From: Gonapodya sp. JEL0774
Taxonomy: Eukaryota
Assembly: GCA_027604505.1 (NCBI GenBank)
Contig: JADIIX010000132.1
Location: 1 to 64,000, forward strand
Length of the DNA: 64,000 nt
Direction of reading: 5' to 3'
Shown: positions 26,608 to 39,133 of the stretch, one piece after another
Layout of the letters: each line of letters begins with the position of its first letter
Position numbering within the stretch: the first letter of the stretch is position 1
Made by a program: the position numbers and the translations under genes
Notes under the pieces: generated by a model
The model's database searches: none
The model's input: the letters and a program-made list of their open reading frames with translations, nothing else
What the model was told of the DNA's origin: nothing

Positions 26608-28659
26608 ATGATTTCATCATTTCCCGACATGACAACGGACTCTTCGACCGGGCAACCGGCTGTGGCAGCCTCTCTTAAGCGTGACAAGAAGAAGAAGAAG
26701 AGCGAGAACCCAGTGGCGGAGGAATCCGCTGTGTTCGTCGCCAGCAGTCAGCAGACAAGACCTGAATCTCCCCAGGGGGATGAATCCAAGAGCAAAAACG
26801 GTTATGTGGAAGCCATTTCGAAGCGTCTGCGTAATTTGAAAAAGAAGCTGGTGAGAAGGATCCAAAGTTTTGCCTGACGTTGAGATGTTCAGCGAAGTTA
26901 TGCGCCTAACTGAGTCTGAGGGACCAACTCGAGCAAGAAGATTGCTTGGGCATGAGCTGATATTAAGACGAGTTTTAACGAATGCATTCTCGTCCGCTAT
27001 CCTCCCCCACCAACCAAACCCACCGCGAACCCACCACGCACCACTTACATGCTACCCTAGGGAAAACTTGAGCAGTACGATGTGGTGCCCAAAGACCAAC
27101 TAAATGCAGACCAGAAACTGGCGCTGAGTAAGCGACCGGAACTCCAGGCGACGTGCAAGGAACTGGAAGACATCGTGAAGCAATTCCTATTAATGGATGC
27201 GGAAGTAGGTTCCCCAACTATTGTTCATTTTTGAACATATCAATCTGAGCTTGAGTTCAATGCTGAATGCTGCGACACGATTCAGGAAATCAAGGCAGAA
27301 AAGGCAGCAAGGGACCTCAGAGACAAGGAAGAACAAAGCAAAATTGAAAAGGCTGTGCACGACGAAAAGGTCGGTTCCCAGATGGTAGTTCAGCAGAAGA
27401 CGCTTCAACAAGGATCACGCCTCATGTATCGGTGGATTAGCATCAGAACGACAACAACACCGCAACATTGCTCCGTACAATCTTCGCATTGAACAGACTA
27501 AACGCTCCCCCAGCCACGATTCAACTGTCACCTGAGCAATGGCAAACCCTTGCGTACTTCAAGCAAATTTTAACTGGTGAAGCATTGGATATCTCGTGAG
27601 TGCAACCATGGTATGGTTTCCCTTTCTCTTTCTCATGAGAGTTCCTGCTTTCCAGCGTCGAAAACTTCACTCATCCCGCAGTTCACCATCTCACCAAATA
27701 TCTCAGTCACTCACCAGAGGCTTTCATGTCGACGATAACGTATAGTGACATCCATCACTTGATTGAACTTCTCATCAACCCTCCGCCTCCCCCGGCCCCT
27801 CCCGTATTTGGTCTCGCCGAAGAGGTGGAGGTCAACGGTGTCCAAGATGAAATTCCTGACGCCGTGCCGGTTATCTGGTCGGAGGAGGGCGTCATTTTGC
27901 AGGACGAACCGCCAGTTCAACCATACCTGGAAGAGGAGGAAGAACTGGATATTCAAGGAACCATTGCGGTGCCGGTGGGAGGAATACGATTTGGATCCCT
28001 GGCAGAAGACGGAGAAGAATGTAAGTTGCAAGGTGCGGAATCGTCGGGTTGCCGGGATTCGAGCTTGTTCGGGGGGATGACTGAAGATATGAGCGTGGTC
28101 CAATGATGACATTAACAAATTCGATTAGTCTTTAAGACATGAAACCATGGTTCGAGATATGTTTCTGATGGACTTCGTTGAGGAAGATGAGGAAATGGAA
28201 CCTGATATAGGAGGACACTTATGCTTTTCCATGTGTTGACCCCTAGCTGCGGACCAGGATCTCACCCAACCAGTATCACAATCAGAGGACTTAACCCTGG
28301 CAACGGCGACTAATGGTGTTCCTTACCAAGACGACCGTGGCCCCGTGGCTGTCAGCGGATGGTCAGAGTCATCGGCTGCACTCGTCGACCAAGATGGCAC
28401 ACAGCAGTATGCAGAACTGGCGGCTGTTCAAGATATCACACCTCTTCCGTCGGGACCGCCGGGTGGCAACAATGGATCCCAACAAGGACCAGGATTTCGA
28501 GGAGGATTCCGTGGAGGCCCTCGTGGCGGCTTCAGGGGTGGCTTCCGGGGTACTGCGCCGTTCAGGGGCCGTGGGAATGGACGCGGTGGTGGCGGGGCCA
28601 GTCGAGGTTGGGCCGGTCCACCCAGGGGTCGCGGTGGAAACACCCCAAGAGGCCAGTGA
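26608..28659 (+). CDS. Caprin-1/YAG7-like RNA-binding protein with RGG tail
   Basis: YVEAISKRLRNLKKKL-GKLEQY..QLNADQKLALSKRPEL matches the caprin HR1-like coiled coil, and the C-terminus has FRGG/RGG repeats. The start may be ATG 26629. Confidence 0.75.
28098..28173 (+). ncRNA. Intronic box C/D snoRNA with an LSU rRNA guide
   Basis: Terminal stem GTCCA/TGGAC, box C ATGATGA (28103-28109) and box D CTGA (28165-28168). The 14-nt TTCGATTAGTCTTT (28120-28133) is complementary to conserved LSU rRNA AAAGACUAAUCGAA. It lies inside an intron of the caprin-like gene. Confidence 0.85.
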
Positions 28660-29476
28660 AAGATTTTGGTCGAAGTTGAACAAATCCAACCAATCAGAGC
28701 TTTCAGTTTGAGCCAAGAAAAACTTTGTACCCTAAATCTCGAATTCGAAATGGTTGAGTGATTACACAGCATACCCACTTCCTTTTGCGACTGGCAACTG
28801 TGCAAAAGCCTACAGGAATTCAGCGATAACTTTTCACTCTATGTCTCCGTTGAAGGTTTAGAGAAGGAGTGGCTTTGTTGTGCCCCCGGGTCGAATCGTC
28901 CGTCGCTACAAGGAAGTACTTACCCGGATCTCACCAGTTGTGAATGTCCTATTGACAGTCATTGAAAAGCCAGTTCTTCTGTTCGACCGATCTCTCATGT
29001 TCAGGGCCTTCATAGGAGTCAACGGGAGGATTCAAAAAGGTTGACTCTACTCATCAGACGGATCTGTCGTAGGGATGTCCACCATTCTCCAGAAGGCCAC
29101 CAGAATGCGTTGGCTTTCTCATACAACATAGTAATGCATCAATGCTCAGCACTGCCCAGATGCAAATCTCACAAGGTGCAGGGGCAGCAAACAATTCACA
29201 CAGCGGCGGTCTTTACACCAAAGCAGTTCGTATTTTTTCCTTTCCTTTTTTTTTTTTTTTTTTTGGTGTGTATTATCATGTAACCTCGGCCCCTCCACCG
29301 ACGGCTTATATTTTCTACAACGTTTAGAGTAAAAAAAGGGGTTGCAGAGGCTCTCCATATATGTACACAAGAAAGAAAACCCCCGTCAATGAATCAAAAC
29401 ACTGCGTGCCCGCGCGAAACCGTCACACTCAAAACACTCATGCAAACTTGCGTTAACGATGATCTTTTTGACCGTG

Positions 29477-32321
29477 TCATCGCCCATCAGCACCCGGCTT
29501 ACTTTGCTGTTGGGTTTCCTTGAACGTGCCTTTCAGGAGAGATTGAATGAAGGCTGCTGCTGCATGAGATGCCTCCTTCTGCACAGCCGCAACCTTCCCC
29601 ACGTCACTGGGTGTTTGTCCCGGAATAAACTGCCTGTGCTGCTGCTGCTGATAGTTTTGCTGCACCGATTGCAACGGGGCTTGCTGTTGCTGCTGTTGCG
29701 CTTGCTGACCCTGCCTCTGCCTCGAATTCTCTCTCAAAGCAGCGGCGATGTTTCTCTTAATGGCTTCGTACTCGTCCCGGCTAAGCGCAGCTTGCGGGGC
29801 AGATACGGCCGTACCAGTGGAAGGAATTGAATCCAGGAGGGAGGCAGGAGTGGTGAAGACGAGAGAAGCAGGTGCCCGTGCGCTCGATGAACTCGACACG
29901 GAATGGGTCGAAGTTCCTGCCGTGGTGGCAGGCAAACTCGAGTATCGTGGACGGTACTGCTCCTGAACCTTCTCCTGTGTCTGTTGCTGCATCTGACTCA
30001 ACGATTGGTAGGTCTGCTGCAACGGAGTCGCATCTTCTACTGTCGCCACTACAGGGACAATCTTCGACCTCTTGATCTCCTTTTCCTTTGGAGCGGATAC
30101 CTGTGCTGAGACGCTCTTCGGCGCAGCAGAAGCGCCCAGCATCTCGAGGTAGGTCTTGAAGTCCTGTGGATATCCGCCTCCAAACATGTCCGCCGAAGGC
30201 ATGGCGGGAGTGGGAACCGACACAGGTGTGGGCATGGTGGGGGGCATGAAGGCGCCATACCCGGGATATCCGCCAAACACGTCCATACCACCCAGACCCA
30301 ATCCAGCCTCGTAATTGCCATAAGCAGGAGTAGGGAGAAGTCCGAAAGAATCAGTTTGTGGTGGGAAACCGAGCGAGGACCACAAATCGAGTGCGGGATC
30401 AGCAGGCAGAACGGTCGGGTGAGCCGTGAGTTTCGTGGGGAGAGCGGGAAGCTTGGCAGACACAGCCGCAGCTTTTTTGGCAGAAGCTGACTTGGGCGCA
30501 GAATTGGAGGAAGAAGCCGCTGGGGGAGTATCGGCAACGACCAATGGCTCCGCAGGGATTGATTTAGGAAGAATATCACCACCACCGATTGCCTTGCGAT
30601 AGACCGCAACCTCGGCCTTGAGCTTGCGGTTTTCCTCCAGGACCTTGGTAAGCGACGCCCGAAGAGCACGGCGGTCGGATTCAGAGTTCCGCAGCTGATC
30701 CTCGAGAGTGGTGACATACTAGAGGGGTTGGTGTACGTGGAACAAAGAATGATCATGAAGTCAAGCAACCATCGTCACCACCAACAGAACAAATCCGAAA
30801 CCCCCCCGTCAGCCCGTTAGCCTACTAACCTCCTTTTTCCTTAGCCTGAAGTTCCTCGCGCTGATTTTGTTCCTCAACTGCCTCCGTTCCCGAGAGGACA
30901 ACCCAGACCTCTGCAGTTCTCTCTCTAAATCCTCGGTGGGCTCTCTGGGCTGATTACCGGCATGCCGACCGGGGTTGTTAGGGCTCGGCTGATGAATAAG
31001 CATGAGAGGGTCCAGATCTAAGGGTTAAGAAAGGAATGCTATATCAACTTCGTGAAAAATACTACTGCACAATGCATTCAACCCACCGTCATCCTCAAAC
31101 TTCACCATCTCCGGTTCTTCCTCTTCCATTTCTACGTCTTCAAGCAGCTTCCCGTACTCGCCTGCTTCCCCGATCCCCCCGACGCGCAGTGAAGCAAAGG
31201 GATCGTCGATGAGATCCCGGTCACGCTGCGAGAAATCGTATAGAAGGCCCTGCTTCTGAAGCTTGAGAAGCTGCTCTTGCACGCCAGATGCGTCAACTGT
31301 AATGGGGTCGCGACGAGCTTCGGCGGAGTTGTTTCCGGCAATCGCTTTCGAGGACGACGCATTCGGATCAGCTTCGCGGTGATCGAAGCATTCCTCGGCT
31401 TGCAGCCCTGTCATGGTTGAGGGCATTGGTGGAATAGCAAAATTGTAGCCGGCGGCGGCAACACCGAGGACTGCAGGATCATACTCTGATGGGTCGTAGG
31501 AGCCAAAGTAATCGAATGGTGGAAACGCTGTATCCGGGAAGCCAAGGACTGGGGACGCGTCGACGGGTGCGAAAATGTCAGAAGGAGTAATGGTGGCAGA
31601 GGGTGAGGACGAGGATGAAAGGCGGGTAGGAGACATGAGTGGAAAAGCCGGCGGTGGAGTGGCAGAGAGGAAAGAGGATCTACACAGTGAGTGGACCAAT
31701 GAGTGAGGTGCTTTCTTTCGTAAGTTCGAAAGGGTAAACTCTTCGCACGGATGCATGTGCAGGAACCATTTACGGTAGATCCGAACAATACCACGGCTAT
31801 GATTCAATCGATGCATCCTCGATCCGCTTTTCCAAATTACTAAGTACTCCTTGTATCCCTCTTCCATTTACTCACTTTGAGTCGATTGCATCCATGTTAT
31901 CGTCGAGATCTGTGTTCTCCCGGAGCCAATTTTCATCGAGGATAGAGCTTAGGTCCTGGCTCGCAATGTTAGAAGCGGAAGCGGAAGGCGCCACAGCGGA
32001 GAACGGCGGATGCTCCGACAGGGAAGCAGAGCCATTCTCGAACGTGAGGTAAGCGGACAGATCCGAAGAAGAGTTACCCCGACTGAGAGCGTCCTTGAGG
32101 TAGCGGTTAGAAGAGAAGACGTTGTCGCGGAAGAGGATGTCAGCGGTGTCCTTGATAGGGCCTGAGGACGACGAGGACGATTCTTGCTGAGTGTCGGCAG
32201 AATCAACGTTCGAAAACAGGGAGCTCTTGAGGGAAAGTTGGTGAACCGATTCAGAGATTTGATGGCGGGTTTTTTGAATCGGCAGGTGAAAAGGGTGTGG
32301 AGTGGAGTAAAGCAGAGACAT
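29477..32321 (-). CDS. bZIP transcription factor with a Q-rich C-terminus, multi-exon
   Basis: Basic region LSSRERRQLRNKISARNFRLRKKE splices to zipper YVTTLEDQL..L..ENRKLKAEV. Confidence 0.88.
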
Positions 32322-32862
32322 TGTTGGGGATTGTTGGAGGGCTTGGTTTCGAAACCACACTCTTTGAAGAATATTGGAGGGAGAAGCAGGAGAGCAGCCG
32401 CAAAAGAATCGAGAATGGGAAAAGAGTGGAAAGAAAGTAACGAGAGGGTTACTACTTTCAGCTATCAAATCCAAGATAAGTGGTCCGCCGGGCGGACCAC
32501 CCCATTCTTCTCCCTTCCCAGAACTTCTCCCCTAGCAAGTTCCGCACCTAGCACCACTCTCTTTCCTTTGCTAACAAGCTTTCCTTCCCTCCTCTATCTG
32601 GCCTCCCCTCAAAACCGATCCCGCAGCGCATCTCCACAAACACACCGCACCCACACTCACTCTTCACAAACTGCAACTGCAATTCCTCTTTATCCTAGAC
32701 TTGCGTGTGCGATTCCAACTCTCTGCGTGCGAGAGCAAACAGGTAGTTGGACTGAGTTCTACGTGGCAGTGACTGGGACCGCGGAGGGGTCCATTGTGGC
32801 TATGCACAAGTCCACGCAATCCGGTAAAATGTGTTTTTACCTTCGCATTCCCTTGTTTTAAA

Positions 32863-32936
32863 TATTCATTTCTGGATTCGGTTGTAGATATTTGTATAAT
32901 TATTCATTTCTGGATTCGGTTGTAGATATTTGTATA
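32863..32936. repeat. Perfect 36-bp direct repeat, 2 copies, 38-bp period
   Basis: tattcatttctggattcggttgtagatatttgtata at 32863-32898 and 32901-32936. Confidence 0.95.
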
Positions 32937-33400
32937 GACTTCCCGCCACGGTCCCTGTTTCTTTTACATTAAATTGAGTTTGATACATATCGAAGAGACT
33001 ATCGGATCTTTCTTCCACTCCGCGTGCTTGACTGTCTCATCTCGTTCTTTCTGCATGAGATGTTGTTAGAATGCATGTTGCAAGTGGCCGGAACATACTC
33101 TGTACATCCTCCAGAACAGTGTTCCGGGATCACTTCCATCAAATTTCGACGTGGATAAATATAAGTTAACACCCCAGTTCTTGAGGTCCGACTCGGCGCT
33201 GGGAGCTGCACGCCGCCGAACGGAGTATTCTCCGTCTTTTAGCTGTATAACACCCACTTAAGAACCGACAAATCCTCACCGCGCTCAAACAGCTTCCGTC
33301 GAGATTCGTGGCGGGTGTGCTCGAGCCACCTCAGATCATGATCGCCCACAGTTCATCGTTCCCCTTGCCACAAGCTCCGCATTCGAACCCGGGATCTACA

Positions 33401-35856
33401 ATGTCCTATGCAGCGCACACAGATTATTACAAGGCGCTGAATGTAACTAAGGATGCGGACGTGGAGGCGATTAGGAGGGCGTACAGGAAGGTGAGGAGCT
33501 TCAATTGGTGATTCGAGTATCGGGAAACCTTGCGTAGGGAGCACAGAAAGCGATCGAATAGTGATGTGCAAGGCATTTGGAGTGGTGGCAATGACTCAGC
33601 GATCGGGGGGTCTTGAATGATTGTGCTCATCGCCTGCAGGACAGCTGGGAAAGCGGTTCGCGTTGGTCTGTCACCTAAACTCCAAAATATTCCGATACCG
33701 AACCCCAGCTCGCTCTTAAACACCATCCTGACAAAGACCCTTCCCAAATATCTCGCTCTATCTTCTCCATCTCTTCAGAAGCCTACGAAGTCCTCTCGGA
33801 CGGTGAGTTGCTGCTTCTTGAGTAGATCATTACTCTTCAAAACTCAACCTGATCATCCACTCTTTCTGTTTTAGCCAAACTTCGTGCTATCTACGATCAA
33901 CATGGATCCGATGGCCTCCTCCATGGCGTTCTAGCCCGCGACAGGTACGACGAGCGGGAAGAGGGGGACAGTGCAGTGGGATTCGAAGGATTTACCGGAG
34001 GGTGGAAGTATCATGGATTACCGGAAAAGACATTTGAGATGTTTGTGGGAGGAGGAAGTCCGTATAAAGGTGCGTCCTGAGCGAGGTTGGCCGAGAACAC
34101 GTCAGTGAAAACGTCGCTGGAGGATGGTTACGAGCTAGGCCCAGAAATTGGAGAGGCCAATCACTTGAGATGTGGTGAGACGAGGAACGGCAACAAACTG
34201 CCTCTTGCCCTCAATAAATGTAACACACAACTTTTCCGTCTGAGGGAAGATGTCCGGGATAAGATATTCATCTGCAATGATTTGTGGTGCACCTGGGCCG
34301 TATGGATGCTGGTGAGGAGGAAGATCAGGCTGACTGCTCTGATAGAGAGTGGCAATACGCGAAACGCACGGAACGCTCCGAAGAAGACAGCAGAGCACAC
34401 TCAGGGGTGTTGGACACATCAATTCAAGTCTTGTTGTGTTGCTCAGGCGAGAGGGCCTGGTTGATCGTATCTCAATCGTCCGCCCCACATACAATCCATC
34501 AATTCATCGGATACACCAAAACCACTCCACCCCCCTAGATCTCTTCCCAGATCCATCACCAGCACCTGGCCTACCACCATCTTTTGGTGGACTTCATGGG
34601 CTCAATCCGCATTCTCAACCACCAGGTCACGTACCACCGAAACCCGGCCCCATTATTCTCCCACTCCCACTCACCCTCGCGCAAATGCACACGGGCACTG
34701 TCCGGGTGCTCTCCTACTCACGACTTGTTCTTTCCGCCGACGCCTCTACCACTCACCGTGAACCTGCCACCGTACGCGTTGAAGTCGCTCCTGGATGGCG
34801 TGCTGGGACAAGAGCAACGTTTCCAGGGCAGGGCGACGCAGTAGTGGGCGGGGAGAGCGGAGATGTGATAGTTGTAGTAGAAGGAGGAAAGGAGGATGGT
34901 AGGTGGAGGGAGGGTGACGATTTGGTGGTAGAGAGGGAGGTGGGATTGTTGGAAGGATTGTGCGGCAGTGTAGTCGAGGTGGAGACAATGGACGGCAGGT
35001 CTGTGAGGGTGGCTGTCGGGGAGGTAGTAAGGTAGGTTTGGGACGCCAGCGATGGATGGGGGACGACTGTGAGATGGTTGAGGCGGGGAATCTGACCTTG
35101 CTGCGGCCTTTCTTTCGTTTCCCCTTGATGTTTCTCTTGGCTACCATCACCGATTTGATCGTTCGCCAACAACACCCAATTCCACACCAATCAAACTACT
35201 GATCTGCTTCTTACTGATTTTTGCGTCCTCGGTCCTGAATTCCTTCTGTTTGCCTTTGCGTGGACAATACCACGAAATCATCGTCCGACCGACCCTCACT
35301 GCCCGGATCTTGTTCGTCCGTGGTCTTCAATGCACCTTGCTACTTGTAAATGAACGGCATGTTGTGGCGCCCATCACCACTTGTTGATCGGATCTCCGGG
35401 TATTTGTGTGAACCCTACCCTTGCTCCCTGTGGCGACGCCGGATGGTGGACACCACCTTGCCAAACAATGTTGGTTTTCAACGACCGTTTGATTTCCTTT
35501 TACGATCTGCTTTTGGGCCACTATTTGCGGGCCACGCACGTTTCTCTTCATTTTGATTGGTTGCTGAACCACTTCACTTGTCGGTGCTCAGCCCCGGTTA
35601 CAGCAAGAGAATCCCGCAGGAAGGTTTCCCGATTCCTCGTCCACCGGGACATGTTTCTACACATGGCGCGCCCCAGCTCCGAGGGGATCTCGTTCTACGC
35701 TTCACGTTGCGGTTTCCCACCTACCTCAGCGAGGCACAAAAAGCATTCGTGGAGATTGGTCTGAGCAAAGAGAGAGCGGAGATGGAAATGAAAAAGAGGA
35801 AGGAGGGGAGAGTTCTGGTCGAATCGAGCAAAGAGAGTGGGGAAGCAGAGCAGTGA
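33401..35856 (+). CDS. DNAJB13: Type II Hsp40, DNAJB13/RSP16-like (radial-spoke HSP40)
   Basis: J domain DYYKAL..AYRK-LALKHHPDK..EAYEVLSD, linker WKYHGLPEKTFEMFVGGGSPY..FGGLHG, and C-terminal domain SRLVLSAD..EVAPGWRAGTRATFPGQGD..RGDLVLRF..FP. The linker resembles the DNAJB13 subfamily. Confidence 0.75.
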
Positions 35857-36596
35857 CGGTGTGGTGTTGTTGGTATGATGTGAATGTAGTGCACTATATA
35901 TTGAAATCTAGTTCATGTTTATGAGTGAGAAATCGGGTATTTTCCATCAGAACGGACTGCATCATAACAGCAGAGTGGCGGGTTTGCTACGAGAACATCA
36001 CAGTCATTATACAACGTTGTCGCAGACGTGGTAGAGGTGTGAATGTAGGTGAAGTTGGGAATTTAGTTGAAGAATTAATTCTGGCTGAATATACAGATTA
36101 TAATTATTGCACCAATAACCGGTGAAGCGTCCCAGCAGTGTGGAACTGATTTGAGTTGAACCACAACCGATCGAGGACCGTGCGCTCTTTGTGTGCTCCG
36201 GGAGTTTTTTCCCAGTGGAGTGTTGGCGTGACAATTCGACCTGATTTCGCTCCATCCGCTTCTAATTCAGATCCGTGGCTGCCCGGCGACTTTGAGAGCC
36301 TGCGCTAGACTGCTGCGAATCCGCTGGCATCCCTTTGTCGAGCTCGTGAGGCACGAGCTCATAAGCGCGGACACCCTCGCTGTGGCAACGAGCTGTTGAC
36401 CCTCTCCCACTTGCCATCGGAGCTCGACGTCACTGCGCATTCATAAACCAGTCTAGGATTTTTGCGCTTGGAGGAATTCCGGATCTGGACGTTGGTGGAT
36501 AGGGAAGGATCTGCGACTGTCGAGTCCATAAAGTGTGGTCATTCCTCCAGCTGTTTTCCACTACAACCGCCGACCATATACTCCAAGAAGCAGAGC

Positions 36597-37779
36597 ATGG
36601 CTATTTCTAAAGATACTTCTCCGGTTTTGGCTCGCGGATCGCCATCCTCACTGCATTCTGCAGGGAAAAGGACTCCAAACACTCCCACCTCAAACACACC
36701 TAATCGCTCGATGCGCCGTCCTACTTCGCCTCGCTCCATCTCGCCTATGGCCAACGCACTTAACAACATGGATTTAAGCCCACCTCTCTCGACATATGTT
36801 CCCAGATCCCCAGAATCACCGAAGCCGACGAACACACCTTTTTCCTCCCCCCGCACAGACCCAGCACCCCCATCTCCACCACCTCTCAAACATGTCGGTG
36901 CATTGCGGCGACAGCGTCGACTCCAAGGGACGCCGGAACCGTACCCGGTCCTCAAGTGTATGGCCGTATTGGATTTCAAATCCGATCCCCTTGTTGACCA
37001 ACTCCTTCGGCATAAGACTACGTTCTCCTGGCTTAAAATGGACTCATCATTACCCGCACAACCGCTAGACTCGGTAAAGCATGTGCTTCTTTCGTCCAGA
37101 AGTGACGACCACGGCTCAAAGTTGAACCAAGTCACACCGTATCCACCAAGGTCCGCTTCAATTGTCCCAGACATCCATAGAGCAAACAACCTTTCCCCAG
37201 AAAACTCAGAAATGTCTGGAGTCCTTCATCATGAGGAGAGCTTGGAAGCACAACCACTCGGTGCTCAAAAGCGTTCCTTGTCAAGTCTCCAAACTCCCGA
37301 GAATATTTGTCTGCCAGTCGCACCAGACTCTCCAAAGAAGAAGAGACGGCAAGCTTCGGGTGCGACGGATTTTCCTGGGGTCAATATGCCTCCTATGCGT
37401 ACACCCACACATTATGAGTCCGATGAAGATGGTATGTAAGGGCAATCCCAGGGTACCGGATATTGAAGGAAACTTATCTGGCCGGTCGCCAACGCACCTT
37501 GTCAACTTCTCAGGTGCACCGTTCCCATTGCATACCATCCAGCAGACTATGGTTCGCAGCACCACTCGCACACCGAAATCCTGCACAACTGCCCAAACTT
37601 CCTCGCAATCGTGTCTCTCCTCACCCTACTCGCATTCCTCTCGGCATCATTTGCGAACTCCAGACAGGATACCAACCCCCAAAGAGAGCAGACGAAGCCC
37701 GGTGCAAAGGCCCAATAGAGGAGTGTGCTCATCAAACTCGCCAGGAAGCCTACCGAAGAGCCATCGGAGGCTGTTTTAG
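36597..37779 (+). CDS. Ser/Thr-Pro-rich disordered hypothetical protein, 2 exons, ending KSHRRLF
   Basis: ORF 36462-37439 is joined in frame to the 37162-37779 frame by intron G|gtatgt..tctcag|GT. Confidence 0.65.
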
Positions 37780-38098
37780 AGTGACACTGGCCGTTTTAGA
37801 GGGAAACTGGCCGAGGGACATCCAAGATACCTTTAAGAAATACCGTGGAAAATAGGATTTGTTTGGTGCTTCGCAACAGCTCCAAATTGATTGATCAGGT
37901 CGAGAGTCACCAGAGGACGTTGTGTAGGCATATCAGGGAGAGATGGACGTCAGGGTTGAACGGGAGAGATGGTCGTAATTTTCGTATTTTCACAGACAAT
38001 CACCACAATTGATTTAAGTGGATAGTCCTCTCCATGTGTTGCTCGAGCTATTACAATGTTACTTTCTCCTTGTGTAAATCTCCATGTCCCAATTTTCA

Positions 38099-39041
38099 TC
38101 AGGCATGATTGTCCACCTGTACGCCCATTTCTCTGTACTTTAGATGCTGTCGTTCGAGTCTCTTACTCCGGCGAAGAATTGGTACACCAATTTCAGTTGT
38201 GATCCGCGATGAACCCACCGAGTTTCCACATTCACGTGCGACCTGACGTCTCCACAATACGTAGCGTGTAAGTTCCTTATCCAACGTTTCGTCGATTTTC
38301 ATCGTCCTGAGTATGTACGTAAAACAGAACAGTTGTCACATAAGAAATCCCTATCAGATCAGACAACGAAATGACATGGAGCACTTACTGCCAGGTTACA
38401 TCACCTGATGGAGAGCTTTTATCAGAGAGTGTTTTGATGAATGAAGTGTGAAGTAGTAGGAGAGTCAAGAGCGCTATGACTCACCAAAACAAAGCAAAGC
38501 TATCTGCTGCATACTTTCCCAAACCACGCAATCCCGCAATTGGCTCAATTTCTGGCCACTTCGCGCAAATGTCTTCCGCCAGTCTCCTGAGACGAACCGC
38601 ACGAATATTTTGAAGGCCGAGAGGTCGGAGCATCTCCACGACAGATGACAGAGGCGCATCAAGAGCGTCTCTGGGAGTTGGACATAAGGAAAGATATCGG
38701 CCGAGAATGGGTCTAGAATGAGTCAAGGGATGTATTTTCGAGCGGCTTCATACATACTGAACGCTCTGCGATCTGAAGTCGTCAAACACCCACCGCGCAA
38801 GCTCTCCCCTTGTTTTATTGCAAAATACGGTGGCCACTAACAATTTCCATGGGTGATCAAAATGATCCTCCTAGTAACGGTTAGAGATATCTCGGTGACC
38901 CAGCTCTGTGATTTGTGATGTGTATGCATTTGATCGAGTGACTCGCACCTGAATCAATCCAAATGGAGAGCGTAATGGAATATACGGTGGAATCCATGGG
39001 AAAGCTAGTCTTGATGTGCGATCACGGCATCTTTTGCGCAT
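38099..39041 (-). CDS. MBD4: MBD4-type HhH-GPD T/U:G mismatch DNA glycosylase (catalytic domain only)
   Basis: [43 protein letters not shown], HhH LRGLGKYAADSFALFC (catalytic Asp retained) and DKELTRYVLW. Confidence 0.88.
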
Positions 39042-39133
39042 GGGCCTTGGCAACAGAGTAGGTAGTGAGTGGTAAATTACATAAAGCAGAAGGGTACATC
39101 TAAAAAGTAACACATGGTACAATCTAAAGGCAT

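Noticed and set aside
29244..29263. Poly-T run as a retroposon tail or terminator
   Set aside because: No target-site duplication or element body; it is a simple homopolymer in a 3'/intergenic region.
29477..32321. HAC1/XBP1 with an unconventional intron
   Set aside because: The basic region (RNKISARNFR.R.KEY) is of a different bZIP type, and the introns traced are GT-AG.
32863..32936. 36-bp repeats as a CRISPR array
   Set aside because: Only two copies with a 2-nt gap, no spacers, no cas genes, and a eukaryotic context.
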